In this document: in pieces, positions 39,701-54,917 of the stretch
Position numbering within the stretch: the first letter of the stretch is position 1
Layout: each line of letters opens with the position of its first letter
Origin: Vermamoeba vermiformis
Taxonomy: Eukaryota
Reading direction: 5' to 3'
Assembly (NCBI GenBank): GCA_045837725.1
Contig: JBEWZL010000127.1
Coordinates: forward strand, 1-64,000
DNA length: 64,000 bases
Program-made: the position numbers and the translations under genes
Notes under the pieces: generated by a model
Seen by the model: the letters and a program-made list of their open reading frames with translations, nothing else
Told to the model about the DNA's origin: nothing
Database searches by the model: none

Positions 39701-40080
39701 AAGAGGGTCAAGCGATGGATGTCGACAAGGAACACGAGGACGACAAGAAGCCTGAAGCAATGGAGACTGAGACACAACAAGATCTCTCTGCCTCCACGAG
39801 TGTTCCTGCAGATAAGAAGAAGGAAGAGCCGAACTTTGAAATATTAGAGAACCCTGCTCGTGTATTGCGTGCTCAACTGCGCCACATCAGCTTCGATGTA
39901 GATCCGCGATACGTCCCCGCCACTACTGTTGATATCTCAGGCATTGTCTTGTTGCGCGACACCAAGCCAGGCGAGCAAGAAGATCTGATTAGCGACAGTG
40001 TTACCGCCAGCACTACCGCCACTGCTGCTGCCGAAGAGAACGAACCAAATCCACCTGAAGCCTTCGAGTTCGATGGTTAA
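36755..40080 (+). CDS. RPN2: 26S proteasome regulatory subunit Rpn2/PSMD1
   Basis: VDQFWAEI, NWSKFSAAAGLGVIHKGH, PC repeats, SESYNPHVRYG, GIIDAGGRNVTI and PPEAFEF. Confidence 0.97.
38517..38583 (+). ncRNA. Single-hairpin H/ACA-type pseudouridylation guide RNA (AUA box) in an RPN2 intron; predicted LSU rRNA target equivalent to yeast 25S Psi2865
   Basis: Lower stem GAATGT/GCATTC and upper stem CCATTCAA/TTGAGTGG. Pocket strands TATCGAAG and TCAAAA are complementary to conserved LSU UUUUGA-U-N-CUUCGAUG. The ATA box lies 14 nt from the upper stem. Confidence 0.8.
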
Positions 40081-40251
40081 GCCTGTCGAACATCCTTTTG
40101 TAAAAATTGCAAAGTAAAACTCACCATTACATCACAGTACTTGTTTGTCGTTGATCAGCTTGAAGCGACGTCAGTGACGGGAATGCAAATGTGTTAAGTG
40201 AGTTTAGGCCTCCATTTTATTGCTAGTTCGATCAGAACACCACCCCTCACC

Positions 40252-42876
40252 ATGTTAGCACGAACATGGAGCCTAGTCTCCAAGGCAGTGCGTACCACGA
40301 CATTGCAAGGTGTTCCAGGCCGATCCATATCACGATCAGCTCTGCATCGGCTCACAAAAACACAGCAGACTTACAAAACTAATATTTATTATAAAAACAC
40401 AAATACCATATCCCCACTGCGATATGCTCAATATGCTACAAAGCCAGAATCCCCTAGCACTGATGTCAAGAAAACATTCGTTTCATCTCATTTTAAAATA
40501 GATCCAAACGTTATTTATTCATTTTTGAAGAGGAAAAATATAATGTTCAAAGAAGTACCGAGCGACGATAAAAAACTGCGGCTTCGTGACTGTCAGTGGT
40601 GTCACGATACAAAGAACAAATATTCCAACCAATATAAATTGTACATAAACAAAGACAATGGAAGTTATTTATGCTTTCGATGTGGCAGTCGAGGTTCATG
40701 GTAAGAAAATTAACAAATGATTTTTTTGGTCAATTCTACAACCAATTTGACGATCGGATCCGGTGTTTATAGCCGCTTATTGTTATTACTGTAGGTTTGA
40801 TTTTCAACAAAAATATGGAGATTTGACACAAGTCACTGATTGGAAGGGCGAAACAGCGGTGCCCAAAGAACAAGCTGTCGAGGAGTGGGTGCGCCATCCA
40901 GAGCCAGTGCCCACTGATTTTGTCGATGCTGACGGCACACTGCGCGCTGAACCAGTGCAAATACCACCTGAAGAGACGAGCAATCCTAGTCCGAGCAAGA
41001 GAAACAGCCTCACAAAGACGCGTCGTGAGGTGAAGCAGATCAAGACCAAGTACAACGAGACCGAGCTGAAAGAGATCAAGTTGCCTGAGCCCGCCAAGCA
41101 GCAGTCATTCGTGAACAACTTGAGCACCTATCCCGAGCTCATGGACTACCTCGTGCGCGAACGGTAAGTCACACCAAGCGCGTGATCACGTGATTGACAG
41201 GTGTCAAACAGCGGTCTGAAAGCAGAAGTCGTGCACAAATATCTCGTGGGTGGCACTGTGTCGCGCTTCTTCGACGAGAATGACAAGCAGTGGAAGGACT
41301 TCTTGTGCATCACCTTCCCCTGGTTCGGACCACTCTCCCTCGCCACTGCTGGCACCGAGACACTGGTGCGCTACAAGTACCGCGCTCTGGGTGGCAAGTG
41401 GCTGCAGCGATTGGAGCCCATTGGCGGTGGATGGGGCGTGTTCGGCTGGAATTTGATTGCCCCTGAAGTGACTGCCAGCATTGATGGCACACTGCCTGAG
41501 CCCAAGGCAGCAGCGGACGTGTCAAACGGAGTGACAGGTGTCACTGAGAGTGCTGCGAGTCAGAGCGGCAAGACCTCAGTGATCATCACGGAGGGCGAGT
41601 TCGATGCCATGGCTGTCTATCAAGCCACTGGTCTGCCGGCTATTTCACTGCCCTGTGGTGCCAAGTATGTCACGTGATAATTATTGCCTTATTCGGACTA
41701 ACAGTGTTTGCAGCTGTTTGCCTGTGGAAGTTATCACGATGCTCGAGCGATTCGACAAGATCTATTTGTGGCTCGATGACGATGTGGTGGGACAACAAGC
41801 CGCGCAGAAATACGCGCTCAAATTGGGACGCGAGCGCTGCTACATTGTCAGCACCAAGCTTGGAGCCACAACTGGTCCGAAAGATGCGAATGATGCGCTG
41901 CGTCAAGGACATGATTTGGGCACTATTATCAAGGCTGCACGTCGCTTGCCTCACAAACAGATTTTGAATTTCAACGAGATCCGCTCTGAAGTGTTCCGCG
42001 AACTGGCCAATCCCGATCAAGGTAAGTGCGTCGAGTAGCACGCGCACGAACTGACCAATCACAGTGGCTGGACGTCAAATGCGCTCATTCCCGACACTGA
42101 ACAAGCTGCTCAAAGGACATCGCAAGGGCGAGCTGACCATTCTGACGGGTCCGACAGGCATTGGCAAGACGACCATCATCTCGCAGATCAGCATGGACTT
42201 GTGCAGTCAAGGGGTCAACACGCTGTGGGGCAGTTTTGAGTTGAACAACGTGCGACTCGCGAAGAAGATGTTGAATCAATTCGCGCAGAAGAATTTGGAA
42301 AAACATTTGGCTGAATTTGACTTGTGGGCCGACAAGTTCTCGCAAGTGCCGCTCTACTTCATGCGCTTTCATGGTGGCACTGAAGTTGAAGCTGTGCTCG
42401 ACGCCATGGACTACGCAGTGTACGTGTACGATGTTGAACACATTGTGCTGGACAACTTGCAGTTTATGATGCAAGTCGGACACTTCAAGGGCTACGAGAG
42501 ATTTGATCAGCTCGACTCGGCCATCTCATTGTTCCGCAAGTTTGCGACAGAGAAGAACGTGCACATCACGCTGATCATTCACCCGCGCAAAGAGGACGAT
42601 GGTCAGGCCTTGTCCATCAACTCGGTGTTCGGCACTGCCAAGGCCACACAAGAGTCCGACAATGTGATTATTGTGCAGAAAGGCAAGTACTACCGCTACT
42701 TGGAAGTGACCAAGAACAGATTCAGCGGTGACTTGGGCATTGTGCCGTACAAGTACGACAAGGAGAGCAACAAGTACTTTGAACTGCACGGCAAAGATTT
42801 GCAGAAAGTGACTGCAAACAGCGGCAGTCAGAGCGGCCCTGCCACAGTGCACAAAGCACCAGCACCACCCTCGTGA
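40252..42876 (+). CDS. TWNK: Mitochondrial Twinkle primase-helicase
   Basis: Zn finger CQWC..CFRCG, TOPRIM ITEGEFDA, WLDDD and KDAND, and SF4 helicase motifs GELTILTGPTGIGKTT, LDNLQF and IHPRK. Confidence 0.95.
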
Positions 42877-42926
42877 AGTTAATTGTAATTTATTTGTCAC
42901 ATAATAAATGCGTCTGTACAATGTAA

Positions 42927-44598
<1,672 letters not shown>

Positions 44599-44750
44599 GA
44601 ATCGAAGGTTGAAATGGTGTTCTAGAACCACCGTTTGATTTCTTGGCCTCGATCAATCACGTGACTTGACGTGAAATTTCATTTTTCATGAACGACGCTG
44701 TACATTCCTGCGCTACGCTCTCGTTGCCTATCTGATTGGTGCTCTGACCG

Positions 44751-45903
44751 TTACACCGAAGAATCACGTGGCAGCCAACCGCGACAGTTGTGAGCCCCAC
44801 ATTGACACTTGACACCTGTCATTTGCCCCTCTGCAACGCCGTAGTTGAAGCACAGCTCTTCACCGGCACTGATATCGCGGAGTGCGAAGAAAGCAGCACG
44901 TGGTACAATTGTTCCGACTCTGACGGGCACCAGCGCGCAGTTCGGTGCACAACTGTGGTTCATGAACCGCGCGACATTGCCGCACAGTGTCGCATCGATG
45001 TTGGTGCGCAGAAAACTGTTCTGTGAAGGACTGACGGGTGTGAGTGCGCTGCTTGAATGACGCGTGTCAAACACTCACCTCCACTCGCGCAGCACGAGCA
45101 CATAGTTGACACGTGTCACGTCGTAATTCATGAACCGTTGCCGCGCCATTGCTGTGCTGATCACCTCGCCGCAGTACTCCGCGATGAATGCACCGGCCCT
45201 GATCGATGCGCACGTGATCAGCGACCAACCTGCAGTGTGTAAGCAGATGTATCGAGATATATTTCCATATTTAGAGTATATACGAGGGTCTTATGCGCCA
45301 CTCACCCTTGTGCGCGGTCTTGACGAGGGCCAGTGCACGCTGCAGGCCACGTGACACTTGTCTGTTAACGCACTCAGGACTGCAGCGACACTTGGCGTGA
45401 CATTCGAGCACTGGCTGCGACTGATCGATCAACAGCCCTGCACTGGTGTACGCTGCACTGGTCAGTATTGCCTAATTAGGCTATTTTCACTTACCAATTC
45501 GACACGGACAGGATGAAGCTTGACAACTGCCGTGACAGTCACAACACTGCATGTGTGTACTGGCTTCTGATATACGAGCTTGGTATTCACTCGCTACACG
45601 CACTTCAGTACAATACTGCGGATGGAGATTAATGCGGCGTTGAAACAATTTTTAAAATTAATCGAACAGCTCCCACCGGATGACACTATCGCTGTCACAC
45701 GCATCCAAGAGTTGGCATAATATTTAAAATTATTATCAGTGGCTACTTGCCTCAACCAGCGGAGGATAAGGCTCGTTGTCAATGTCATTCAAGCACGGCA
45801 CGGGCACTGATTCGCAGCCACACGACCAGTCAAATGGTACGGCAGTGTGGTCCATGTCCTTGCTTGACTGTTGTAAAGGCTGTCTCTTACCATTTTGGGC
45901 CAT
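44751..45903 (-). CDS. Pre-SET/SET/post-SET histone methyltransferase (SETMAR-SET/SUV39-like)
   Basis: DWSCGCESVPV, Cys-rich pre-SET, FIAEYCGEV, GNVARFMNHSCAPN, EELCFNYG and CQCGAHNCRGWLP. Start approximate. Confidence 0.85.
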
Positions 45904-46056
45904 GATTTCGCTCAGATCCCGCAGAAACTCACTGGAAAATTCGATGAGATCCAAAATGGCAAGAACGCCAGGCATAAATAGCATGGACCATGCTGCGCTC
46001 GCGTGCTAGTAGTCAACTGCAACACAACTCAAAACACTACACAACTGACGACTATC

Positions 46057-47600
46057 ATGGCTGAAGTTGAAAAGATGAATGTCGAAGAGAACATCCCTTC
46101 AGACGACGAGATGGACGTGTCGAAGGACTCCAAGGCCCCTGAAGACATTAGCAAGGACGGCGGTGTATTAAAAGAAATTATTAAAGAGGGTACTGGCTGG
46201 GAGAAACCCGAGAACGGTTCAGATGTGAAAGGTAAAATTGAAATTAAATCGCAAATAATATCTTTAATATTTATAGTGCTAATAATTATTAATAATACAG
46301 TGCACTATGTGGGCAGACTACAAGACGGAAGTGTATTCGACAGTAGCAGAGATCGGGGTCAAGAATTTGAGTTTGTTTTGGGCCGCGGTCAAGTCATTAA
46401 GGGCTGGGACTTAGGTACGGTTATTTAGTATTATAATAATAATTATAGTAATAACGGGCAATGTTGTATTTTTGAACCAATTACTTTCCATACACGCTGG
46501 ATCAGTGATGACGTCATCGCCAGCATTACTAACCGCTGCACGCAGGTGTTGCTTCCATGAAGAAGGGCGAGTTGTCTCGCTTCACGCTCAAGCCCGAGTA
46601 TGCTTATGGCAAGGCTGGCAGTCCTCCCAAGATTCCCGCAGATGCAACGCTCATCTTCGAAGTGGAACTGCTGTCGTTCTCCAACGAGAAGGACATCACG
46701 AAGAAGCGAGACGGTGGCATCTTGAAGAAGACACTGCACGAGGGTCAGGGCTGGCAACAACCCAACTACGAGGCCAAGTGCGTCATCAACTACATTGCAC
46801 GCTTGGCAGATGGCACTGAAGTTGAGAACGTCAAGGACAAACACATTGTGATTGGTGACGAGCACGTGGTCGCTGGTCTCGAACAGGCAGTGGAGTCCAT
46901 GAAGGCGCAAGAGAGAGCACTCTTCAAGGTACATCCGCGCTATGCCTACGGTGCGGAGGGCAATGCCGCGCTGAAGATTGGTCCCGACGCAACACTGACC
47001 TACGAAGTCGAGCTCGTGTCCTTTGAGAAGGAGAAAGAGTCGTGGGAACTCGACAAGTTTGACGACAAGTACGAGGCTGCACTGGCGCGCAAGGCCGCGG
47101 GCAATCAGCTGTACAAAGACAAACACTTGCAACGCGCGGTGAAGAAGTACAACAAGGCCTTGGAGTTCTTCCAATACGACAGCAAGCTCGAAGCTGCGCA
47201 AAAAGAGCGCGTGAACAAAGAACTCAAAGTGCCGTGCTACCTGAACTTGGCAGCGTGTCACTTGACGCTGCACGAGTACAAGAAAGTGCTCGAGAATGCC
47301 AACAAGGCGCTGGAGATTGACAGTCACAATGTCAAGGGTCTCTATCGCCGCGGTGTGGCGAACACAGAGCTCGATCAGTGGGACCAAGCACGACACGACC
47401 TCGACAAGGCCCTGTCCCTCGATCCGAACAGCAAAGACATCAAGACCGCCATTGCTCGTCTCAATCAGAAGGTCAAGGCTCAAGACGCCAAGGACCGCAA
47501 AGTGTTCGGCAACTTGTTTCAGAAATTGAGTGCACTCGAGGACAAAGAGAAACCTGCTGCGAGTGACAAGTCAGATGCCAAGACTGACGTGAAAGAATAA
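46057..47600 (+). CDS. TPR-containing FKBP-type prolyl isomerase (FKBP4/5/ROF-like)
   Basis: [30 protein letters not shown], a second FKBP domain, and a TPR region (YLNLAAC..KGLYRRG). Confidence 0.93.
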
Positions 47601-47703
47601 GCAGCCTCGTTGTAAATGATAGTAAAAGTGTTGTATAGTTAACTCCACCTCGCTGTTGGTTTAAATACTTCTCATATTTACTATGTACAATGTGTCACTC
47701 AGT

Positions 47704-49416
47704 CTAGCTGTGGTCTTCCAACAAAAACTCTTGAATCTCTTGTCTGAATTCACGCAACTGTTAGCTCTGTAATTAACATGAATATCACTAACACTTACTT
47801 CAATCGACCATTCAGTGTCTGAGCACTGTGCTGCGCATAATGTTGCACGAGGTCCTTCTGATTGGTCTCTTTGGCCAGCACTTGACAGCTGTAGCACAGT
47901 ACTGGGCCCTCGCTCTTAGTCTTGCGCTCCTCACGCGACAAGAGATGTGCGCACAGTCCACAGTACTGATAGTGCACGGGTGCTGTTTCTGCGTCCTTGA
48001 GCTCACCCTCGTCAATGTACAACTTGTCCGCTGAGCCGAGCAGTGTGTGCACGGTGTGATTGAAGTCACGCTGCAATCCCGTGATGAAATCTAGCAGTAG
48101 TGGTGAGATCAAATAGAGCTCATAATAGAACACGTACTGTACGTCAACACATTGATGCTTGATTTGGGACCCACGCCCTTCAACCCACTCTTCGCGAGCA
48201 CGAGTGTGTAGGGCAGTGAGGGGAAGTAGCGCAATTGCTTCTTGTGCGAATAGAAGTAGATCTCGCGGTCTAAGAACTCTTTCAAGGGCTGTGCAAAGGT
48301 CACTTCGGGCTACAAATGCTGGTTAATAACGGTAGAGCTATGAAGAGGCATTACGTACCCCGTCATCTTGTTTGATCGACTCCACGTAGCCCAGTTCACT
48401 CGGCAACACAAAGCCACGGCCCTTAGAGCTCGAAGCAATCAATTGCACCGCGAGATTGGTCGCTGTGTTGGCCAACAACAGTGTCGAACGACTAGAGTAC
48501 AACGAGTTAATCATTTACATGAAATTGACACGTGTCAAACACTCACCCCCGTTGACGTTGTGAACGAATGAACAACAGTCGTCGCAAGTGCGGCAACAGA
48601 TCTTCTTTGGCGGTCTGTGTCGTTGCCCCTGCAAACAATTGCTGCAGTTTGTGCACGCGCGTCTGTGGCTCTGCATCGTCAAACACGTCTTCGAGTCGCA
48701 GCACAGTGAGGGGCAAGTGATGGCGCTGCACCACGAGCTCGTCGATCAGCTGCTGCTTGGCCGCGTGCTGTCAAATGTCACGTGTCAATGAGCTGCCTGA
48801 TCACGTGTCAGACGCACGTACCTCTTCAGGTGTGAGGGGCAGCAGGGCACTCTCATCAATGTGCACCACACCTACATCCAGCAGATTGCGTTGTCCTCCT
48901 GGTCTGCGATTGATCCACTCGCCCACCAGATCCAACAGCACACACGACGCTAGTCCGCCAGAGAAGGCAATGTCTATTTGAAACAACTCTCGGCGATCTT
49001 TGCGGGCCTTGAGTGCGTGTGATCTGAATCTCTTGGAGAAAAAGTCTTCGAAGCACGTCCTGCACCAAGATCCGATCAGCGAAAATTTACAGAAATCAAA
49101 ATTAAATCTTAATAATTTGTAAAATAATATTTAGATTAATTATTGAGCAAAGGTTTTATAAGGAAGCGTTCTAATATTATTTCGAATTATTTTGTTCAAT
49201 TTCTGTTAACGATCTCTTACCAGCAAGTAGACTCGCGCATACGATATATTAACTCTGCCTTATTAGTCTTGCATCTTAAACATATCTTCGACGCTTTTCT
49301 CGGCTATTGAGATCCGGTTAACGAATTGGATCCGCTTTTAATCGTTGTCATACCTCCTTTACCACTGGCGTCTCTTCAGTGCCACAATCACCACCAGTAT
49401 TAGTATTGCACTCCAT
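47704..49416 (-). CDS. CTU2: Cytoplasmic tRNA 2-thiolation protein 2
   Basis: N-terminal CxxC..CxxC, IAFSGGLASCVLLDL, QPLKEFLDREI, CGLC..LCYSC, and last exon KQEIQEFLLEDHS*. Confidence 0.85.
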
Positions 49417-49543
49417 TGTATTGATTTCGGTAATATGAGTTGTGGTTGTGGATAAATAAATTCAAATTATTTAAATAGCAGCGGTGTCACCAAGGCTTTA
49501 TTTACAAGACTTACAGTTTATGTACAAAAAGAATATCATATAG

Positions 49544-50141
49544 CTATTGCGCAGGTTTGCTAGGTTCAACTTGCGATTGTGGCTCTGGATCAGATTTGGT
49601 TTTTGAAGGCAAGTTCGGTTTCAAGCCTTCGCGCTCGTTCAATACCTTCATTCGACGCCAAATGTAATTCTCTTTGGCTAGCATCTTCTTATAGTCACTA
49701 TCTTTAACGTGGTCATAGCCCAGCAAGTGACACACGCCGTGTACTAGCAGACGTGGGATGTGAGTGTGGATGTCACGCTTGTACTTGGTACAATAATCTC
49801 TGATGTAGCCCATGCCAAGATATATATCGCCCAACTCGTACCATATGCCGTCAATAGGCTTTATCTTTCTGCCTGGCTTCAACTCCTGCGATCCAATTAA
49901 TTTAAAAATAATTAAGAAAAATTCCTAAAATTACCTGCGCGCAAACTGATATAATATCTGTCCTGCCCTTCTTTCTTAACAACTGTTCATTCAGTTTTGC
50001 AATTTTTCTGTCGCCCACCAAGTTGACATTCACTTCCCATTTCTCTAGCTTAACAATCTTCATTATATTTTGCGTCTGTTTCTTAATATAGACTCGATCC
50101 ACTGGGACCTTCTTTTGCAAGTTGCGTACAAACACTTGCAT
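49544..50141 (-). CDS. YBEY: YbeY endoribonuclease (probably mitochondrial)
   Basis: LNEQ..TDIIS, LGDIYLG and HGVCHLLGYDH (H3xH5xH); one intron. Confidence 0.92.
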
Positions 50142-50246
50142 GGTGTAGTAGTGTTCTATTCACTCACTTAACTGCGCAGATCCAAATGGCACGAAAAATT
50201 AATTTATGAACAGCTAATCAACAAATATATGATACAAGGTGCTAAT

Positions 50247-51658
50247 CTAGCGATTGAGTTGTGCAGCAGCGTTCTCGCCCTCGTCCTGGTCGTGCATGTG
50301 TTGCTGCAACACGCCGTGAATGTCATCGGGATTCCAGCTCGGGAACAGCGAGTAGAAGAACGGCACGAAGAAGCCGTGCAACTCACCCCAGAGACCAGGG
50401 GGCTGACGATAGGGCACGGGCTGATTGGGATTGGCTGGGGCGTTATTTACATTGTTGGGAGCATTGTTGTTGTTGTTTGGACCTTCGTTATTGTTGGGGA
50501 CATTAGGTGCGGCATTGTTATTGGGCACATTGTTGTTATTGGGGGCAATATTGTTATTATTATTATTAGGTGCATTGTTGTTGTTGGGTGCGTTGTTGTT
50601 ATTCACATTGTTGTTGGGAGGTTGTGGCACACCGGGCACAATGTTCACTGCGCGCATTGGCAAGAGACCAGTCTGATATCTGTCGCATGGAGATTAGACA
50701 AGGATCGTTCATGAACGCAATCACGTGACGTACAAGTAAATCACCACTGCACCAACGGCTAAAAGCAGCGTGCGTTGTGTGGTGCCACCCTGCGAGAGGA
50801 CATAGACCATCAAGAGCAGCTTGAACACGAGCGACAAGTTGATGTTGATCACGCGCACTTGACGTCGTTGTTGCTGCTGCTGTGCCATCATTATCTGTTG
50901 GAATGGGTTCATTTGCCTAATATGGTAATGTTAGTGCCAGTCATGAGTGACACGTGTCAATGTATGACTTGCCCTTGCAGTACAACACGCTGTTGATAAG
51001 CAGGACCATATTGACCCGGATAGGGGCCTGGAGGAGGATATTGATTGTAGTAGGGATTGGGGCCTGGCTGAGGTGCATAGCCTGGCATCATATAGGGACC
51101 TCCGACTTGTCCGAGGTGCATCTGCATCCGCTGTTGATAGAGATAAGGGTTGGGTGCTTGATTGAACGGTTGATTATAGACCTATACCGTGTTAGATAAA
51201 TGTTATGATTCATCGGCTATAACAGTATTATTCAAGGACTTACAGGCTGTTGCGGCGGTGTTACGGGTGCTGCATTGTTTGTACCGGATGTAAATTCTGT
51301 CTTGAGCACCAAATGGAAGGTTTGAGGTATAGAAAGATCATGCTATATTAATAGTGTATCAATATTAATTCAGTAAATAAAAACCGAATTTGACTGCCAC
51401 GTCGATTATTCAAAATAATTAAAAAAATAGAATAATAGGCAAATAAATACGTACGAGTCTTAAAATATCCTTCAATACGTCCGTATCTTGCAGTAGTCTT
51501 CCTGCAAATATAAATCGTTGTCGTTCTACCGGCGGACGCGAGGGATGGTCCTGGGCAATCCGCTCCTTCAATTCTTTGACTGTTGCAGAAAGGTTGAGCT
51601 GTAAACGAAAGTCCTCGTTATAGCTAGGGCTCTTAATTAACAACTGCACATCGCTCAT
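50247..51658 (-). CDS. Ubiquitin-like-domain membrane protein (HERPUD-like)
   Basis: N-terminal UBL LLIKSP..TVKELKERI..QRFIFAGRLLQD, a P/Y/Q-rich linker, a TM segment, an N-rich tract and FFYSLFP. Confidence 0.75.
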
Positions 51659-51995
51659 TGTGTTTGATCTGTTTTGTCTACGTGTCAGAGTGAATGAACT
51701 TGCCGATCTCATTCAATTTCTACAATGACTGCCGGTACGTTCTGAAAGTATAAGGCTACGAACTATGCAACGAGGCCATTGCAATTGTTGCAGAATTGCG
51801 CTTAAGTTCGCTGATCCTGAGAAGGCAGCCGATGCAAGAGGATACGTTTTTGTCAACGATTTATTCGCCTTCTTTGTACAAAATTATTTAAATAAGACAT
51901 CGCTGAGCATATTTAGTGGTTTTAACGCCTTGAATAGCAAGTTTTGATATTTTCTTGAACGAGTTGGCTTGTATTCTGATCTTGTTCAAACGAGC

Positions 51996-52452
51996 TTATT
52001 TAGCGCCAGCCTTCCATCTGTTTGGTGTATAATGAGTATATGGAATTTATCTATAATAGTTTGAGACTTACTGTTGGAAAGAAGCGGCGAGAACGGGCAA
52101 AGCAGCGAAGACAGCAAGAGGAAGGTAGATTTTGGTTTTCATTCTAAGAGTAGATTGGCGAATCTTGAAGGGCAAGTTCTACGTGTATTATAATAATTAA
52201 TTATATATTTTTGGTGAATATTACGCGTTATCTTCAATTAATAATAAATTATTTGCTAATCCATTGCTTGATCTAACAATCTGCCAGTTATGTTCCTAAT
52301 ACAATAATGTTACAAACACATACGTCACCGAATTTGGGAGTGCCGTGGTGACCATGATCACCGTGGCCGTGGTCGCCATGACCTCCACCTCGTTGAGGCA
52401 ATCTGCGGGCAACCATGCGGTTAGCAAAGAGTTGAGCAACACGACCACTCAT
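51996..52452 (-). CDS. COX7C: Cytochrome c oxidase subunit 7C (three exons)
   Basis: Presequence and His-rich stretch, then NLPFKI..IYLPLAVFAALPVLAASFQQWKAGAK*; the NLPF motif plus a single TM is typical of Cox7c. Confidence 0.7.
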
Positions 52453-52624
52453 TGTGACTAGTGTTTTGTTATTATAAAGGATGAATATGAATGGTTTGGC
52501 ACCGAACAATTGTTTTTGTCCAGCCCTGATATTTTTTTAACTCCGCGAATCTGACAACAGTCTTATTCGTCGCAGCTATGTACATATTTATTGGTGCTAC
52601 TATGATACAATGGAGCAATAACGC

Positions 52625-54774
52625 TCAGAACCAAGTCTCCGTCATGAATCGGTCGTGCAGCTCCATGGTGCGGATGTACTTGTCAGCCTCGTCCTCGCTG
52701 AGTCCCCCCTCGCGCACTATAATCTCTTTGAATGCACTGCGCACCTCTTTGGGCATGTTCTTCGCATTGCCAGACAAGTAGAACACTGCTCCCTCACCGT
52801 GTATCAACTCCCACACCTTGCGCGAGTGTTCTTTCAGCAGGTGTTGCACGTACACTTTACGCGGCTGATCTCTGCGAGGGGCGTTAGTGTTGATACGAAT
52901 AGGTGTGAATAGGTGCATGACTAGGAGTACCTTGAAAACGCGACGAGGAGCTGATCCAAAGTGTGTTCAGCGAGCAGTGCGTGCCACTCATCGCGGAACA
53001 AGTAGTCTTGGTGCTCGTGTCTGCAGCCAAACACAAACATGTCGCGCGAGGGGCTGTGCGTGCCCAGTGAAGCCTGTCGAGCCCAGTGGCGCTCTTCAAA
53101 GAACGCACGGAATATTGCACAGCCAGTGCCGGGACCCACAGCGATGATAGGCGTAGTGAGCTGTGGCGGCAGTCGCATGGTGCCTTGTTTGACCCAAATT
53201 GGCACACGGACCTCAGCTGATGAGTGTTAGAAGGTATTATACAACTGACACTAAGAGTACTAATGCTGTACCTGTCTGAGGCTGCAACTTGCTGAGCCAA
53301 GTGGAGCACACACCGCGCTTGAGTCGATTGATGGGTGACTTGTACTTGACCACCACCATCGCAATGTGAATCTGACTGGGATGTGCGTGCAGTGACGAGG
53401 CAATGGAGAATGGACGGGGTTGCAGGCGCGGAAATATCTCCAACACGCGCTCGAGGGGCGGTCGTGCCGAAGGGAAGTCGCGCAACACATCAAAGCACGA
53501 GCGACGAGCGCGGTGACAGTAGTCGAGCAGATCGTCTTGGCCCTCTGGCGTGCCGAACAGTCGCAGTCTCTCGCGCTCCATGGGGTCAGTCGCAAAGAAG
53601 GCGAGTTGTTCGAAGAAGTGTCGTCGAGGTACGCCCCAGACATCACAATAAGCGCGGAACAATTGTCGGACTGTGAGGGGCAGTGCGAGGTCTGGCTTGG
53701 GCGTGTCAGCCTCTGTGCCCTCGAGCTGTGTGATGACGAGCTCTGGATCGTAGCCCAGCCAAGCAATGATCTCGTCAGTCTCAGGCGGGTTCTCTGGTCT
53801 GATGTACACCACGTCGCCAGGACTGTACGTGATGCCCGAGTCGTCGAGATCAAACACAATGTGGCGCACATCTTGCTCCCAGCCCGCACTCGTGAGTCGT
53901 TCGTTGCTCACCAGGCGCGCTAGATACGGTGTCTTGCTGTCATACTGCGCAGGTCGCTCATTGACAGGTGTCACATTCGTCAACACAGTCTTGTCGCTGC
54001 TCGTTGTCATCTTGTACTTGGGAGGTTGTCTGCAAATGTCACGTGTCAGTCAGAGCTACAATTGACAGGTGTCACACAGTGTGTCGTACAAAATGTCATC
54101 AGGCAGCACGTGCACATCAGCAGGCAGTGGATAGAGTGTCATCAATACGCGCCACAGTTCCACGGACCAGGGCGTGAGTTCAGAATACAGACCATATTTG
54201 CCCTGGTCGTCGCCATCACCGCGGCGTACAATCATTTGCGCGCCCAGTGCTTCCAATCGACGCGCCAACTTCTTGCCCACAAAATTGTATTTGGTGTAGC
54301 TGCTGTCTCCTAGTCCAAACACTGCCGCGCGTACTGTGCGCAACGAATCTGCGGGGAGATTTTTGCGTAATAAGAAGCGCCAAAATGACTAGCGAAGGGT
54401 CAGTATCGAATTAGTTATTCGCAGTACTAGATCTACCTTCATGTTGTCAGGCACTTCACCTTGACCAGTAGTAGAGCATACAAATATAACAAGTTGTTCG
54501 AGGGGCAAATTAGTCTGATAGAATACTAATCAGAATGTTGTTATTGTTATTCAGAATTGCACGTGGCGCGAATATTAATTATAATCAGAAATATTCATAA
54601 CCGACCAATAATGCCTATATAACCATAGCTTACCACTGGATAATCTTCCATTGATATTACTCGTGTTTTAAAATGACGCCGTTTGCCTTCGCGCGCGATC
54701 TGCTCTGCCACTTCTTGTGCAGTGCCTGTTTGCGTGCCGTATAAAATCAATAGGGGTGGTCTATTATCTGCCAT
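52625..54774 (-). CDS. NDOR1: NADPH-dependent diflavin oxidoreductase 1 (Tah18)
   Basis: ILYGTQTGTAQEVAE, FGLGDSSYTKYNF, QDVRHI, PRPFSIAS, GPGTGCAIFR and ETWF*. Confidence 0.93.
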
Positions 54775-54917
54775 TATGTGTCTGTTGGAATTGAGGCCTA
54801 TTGAACATGTGTTGCGTCACGTAGGTCAAAACAAGTCAAGTGACGGTTTTGTTCGCCGATCGGTTGTCCTCGAACACGAACACAACTGAAACGATTATAT
54901 AATTTATTGTCAACAAC

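Noticed and set aside
47704-47800. Apparent truncation or frameshift at the CTU2 C-terminus
   Set aside because: Resolved by a GT-AG intron ending at ..AATTCAG, giving KQEIQEFLLEDHS*.
50440-50620. AAC/AAT-rich repeats here, also at 55270-55450
   Set aside because: Ordinary poly-Asn low-complexity coding sequence.
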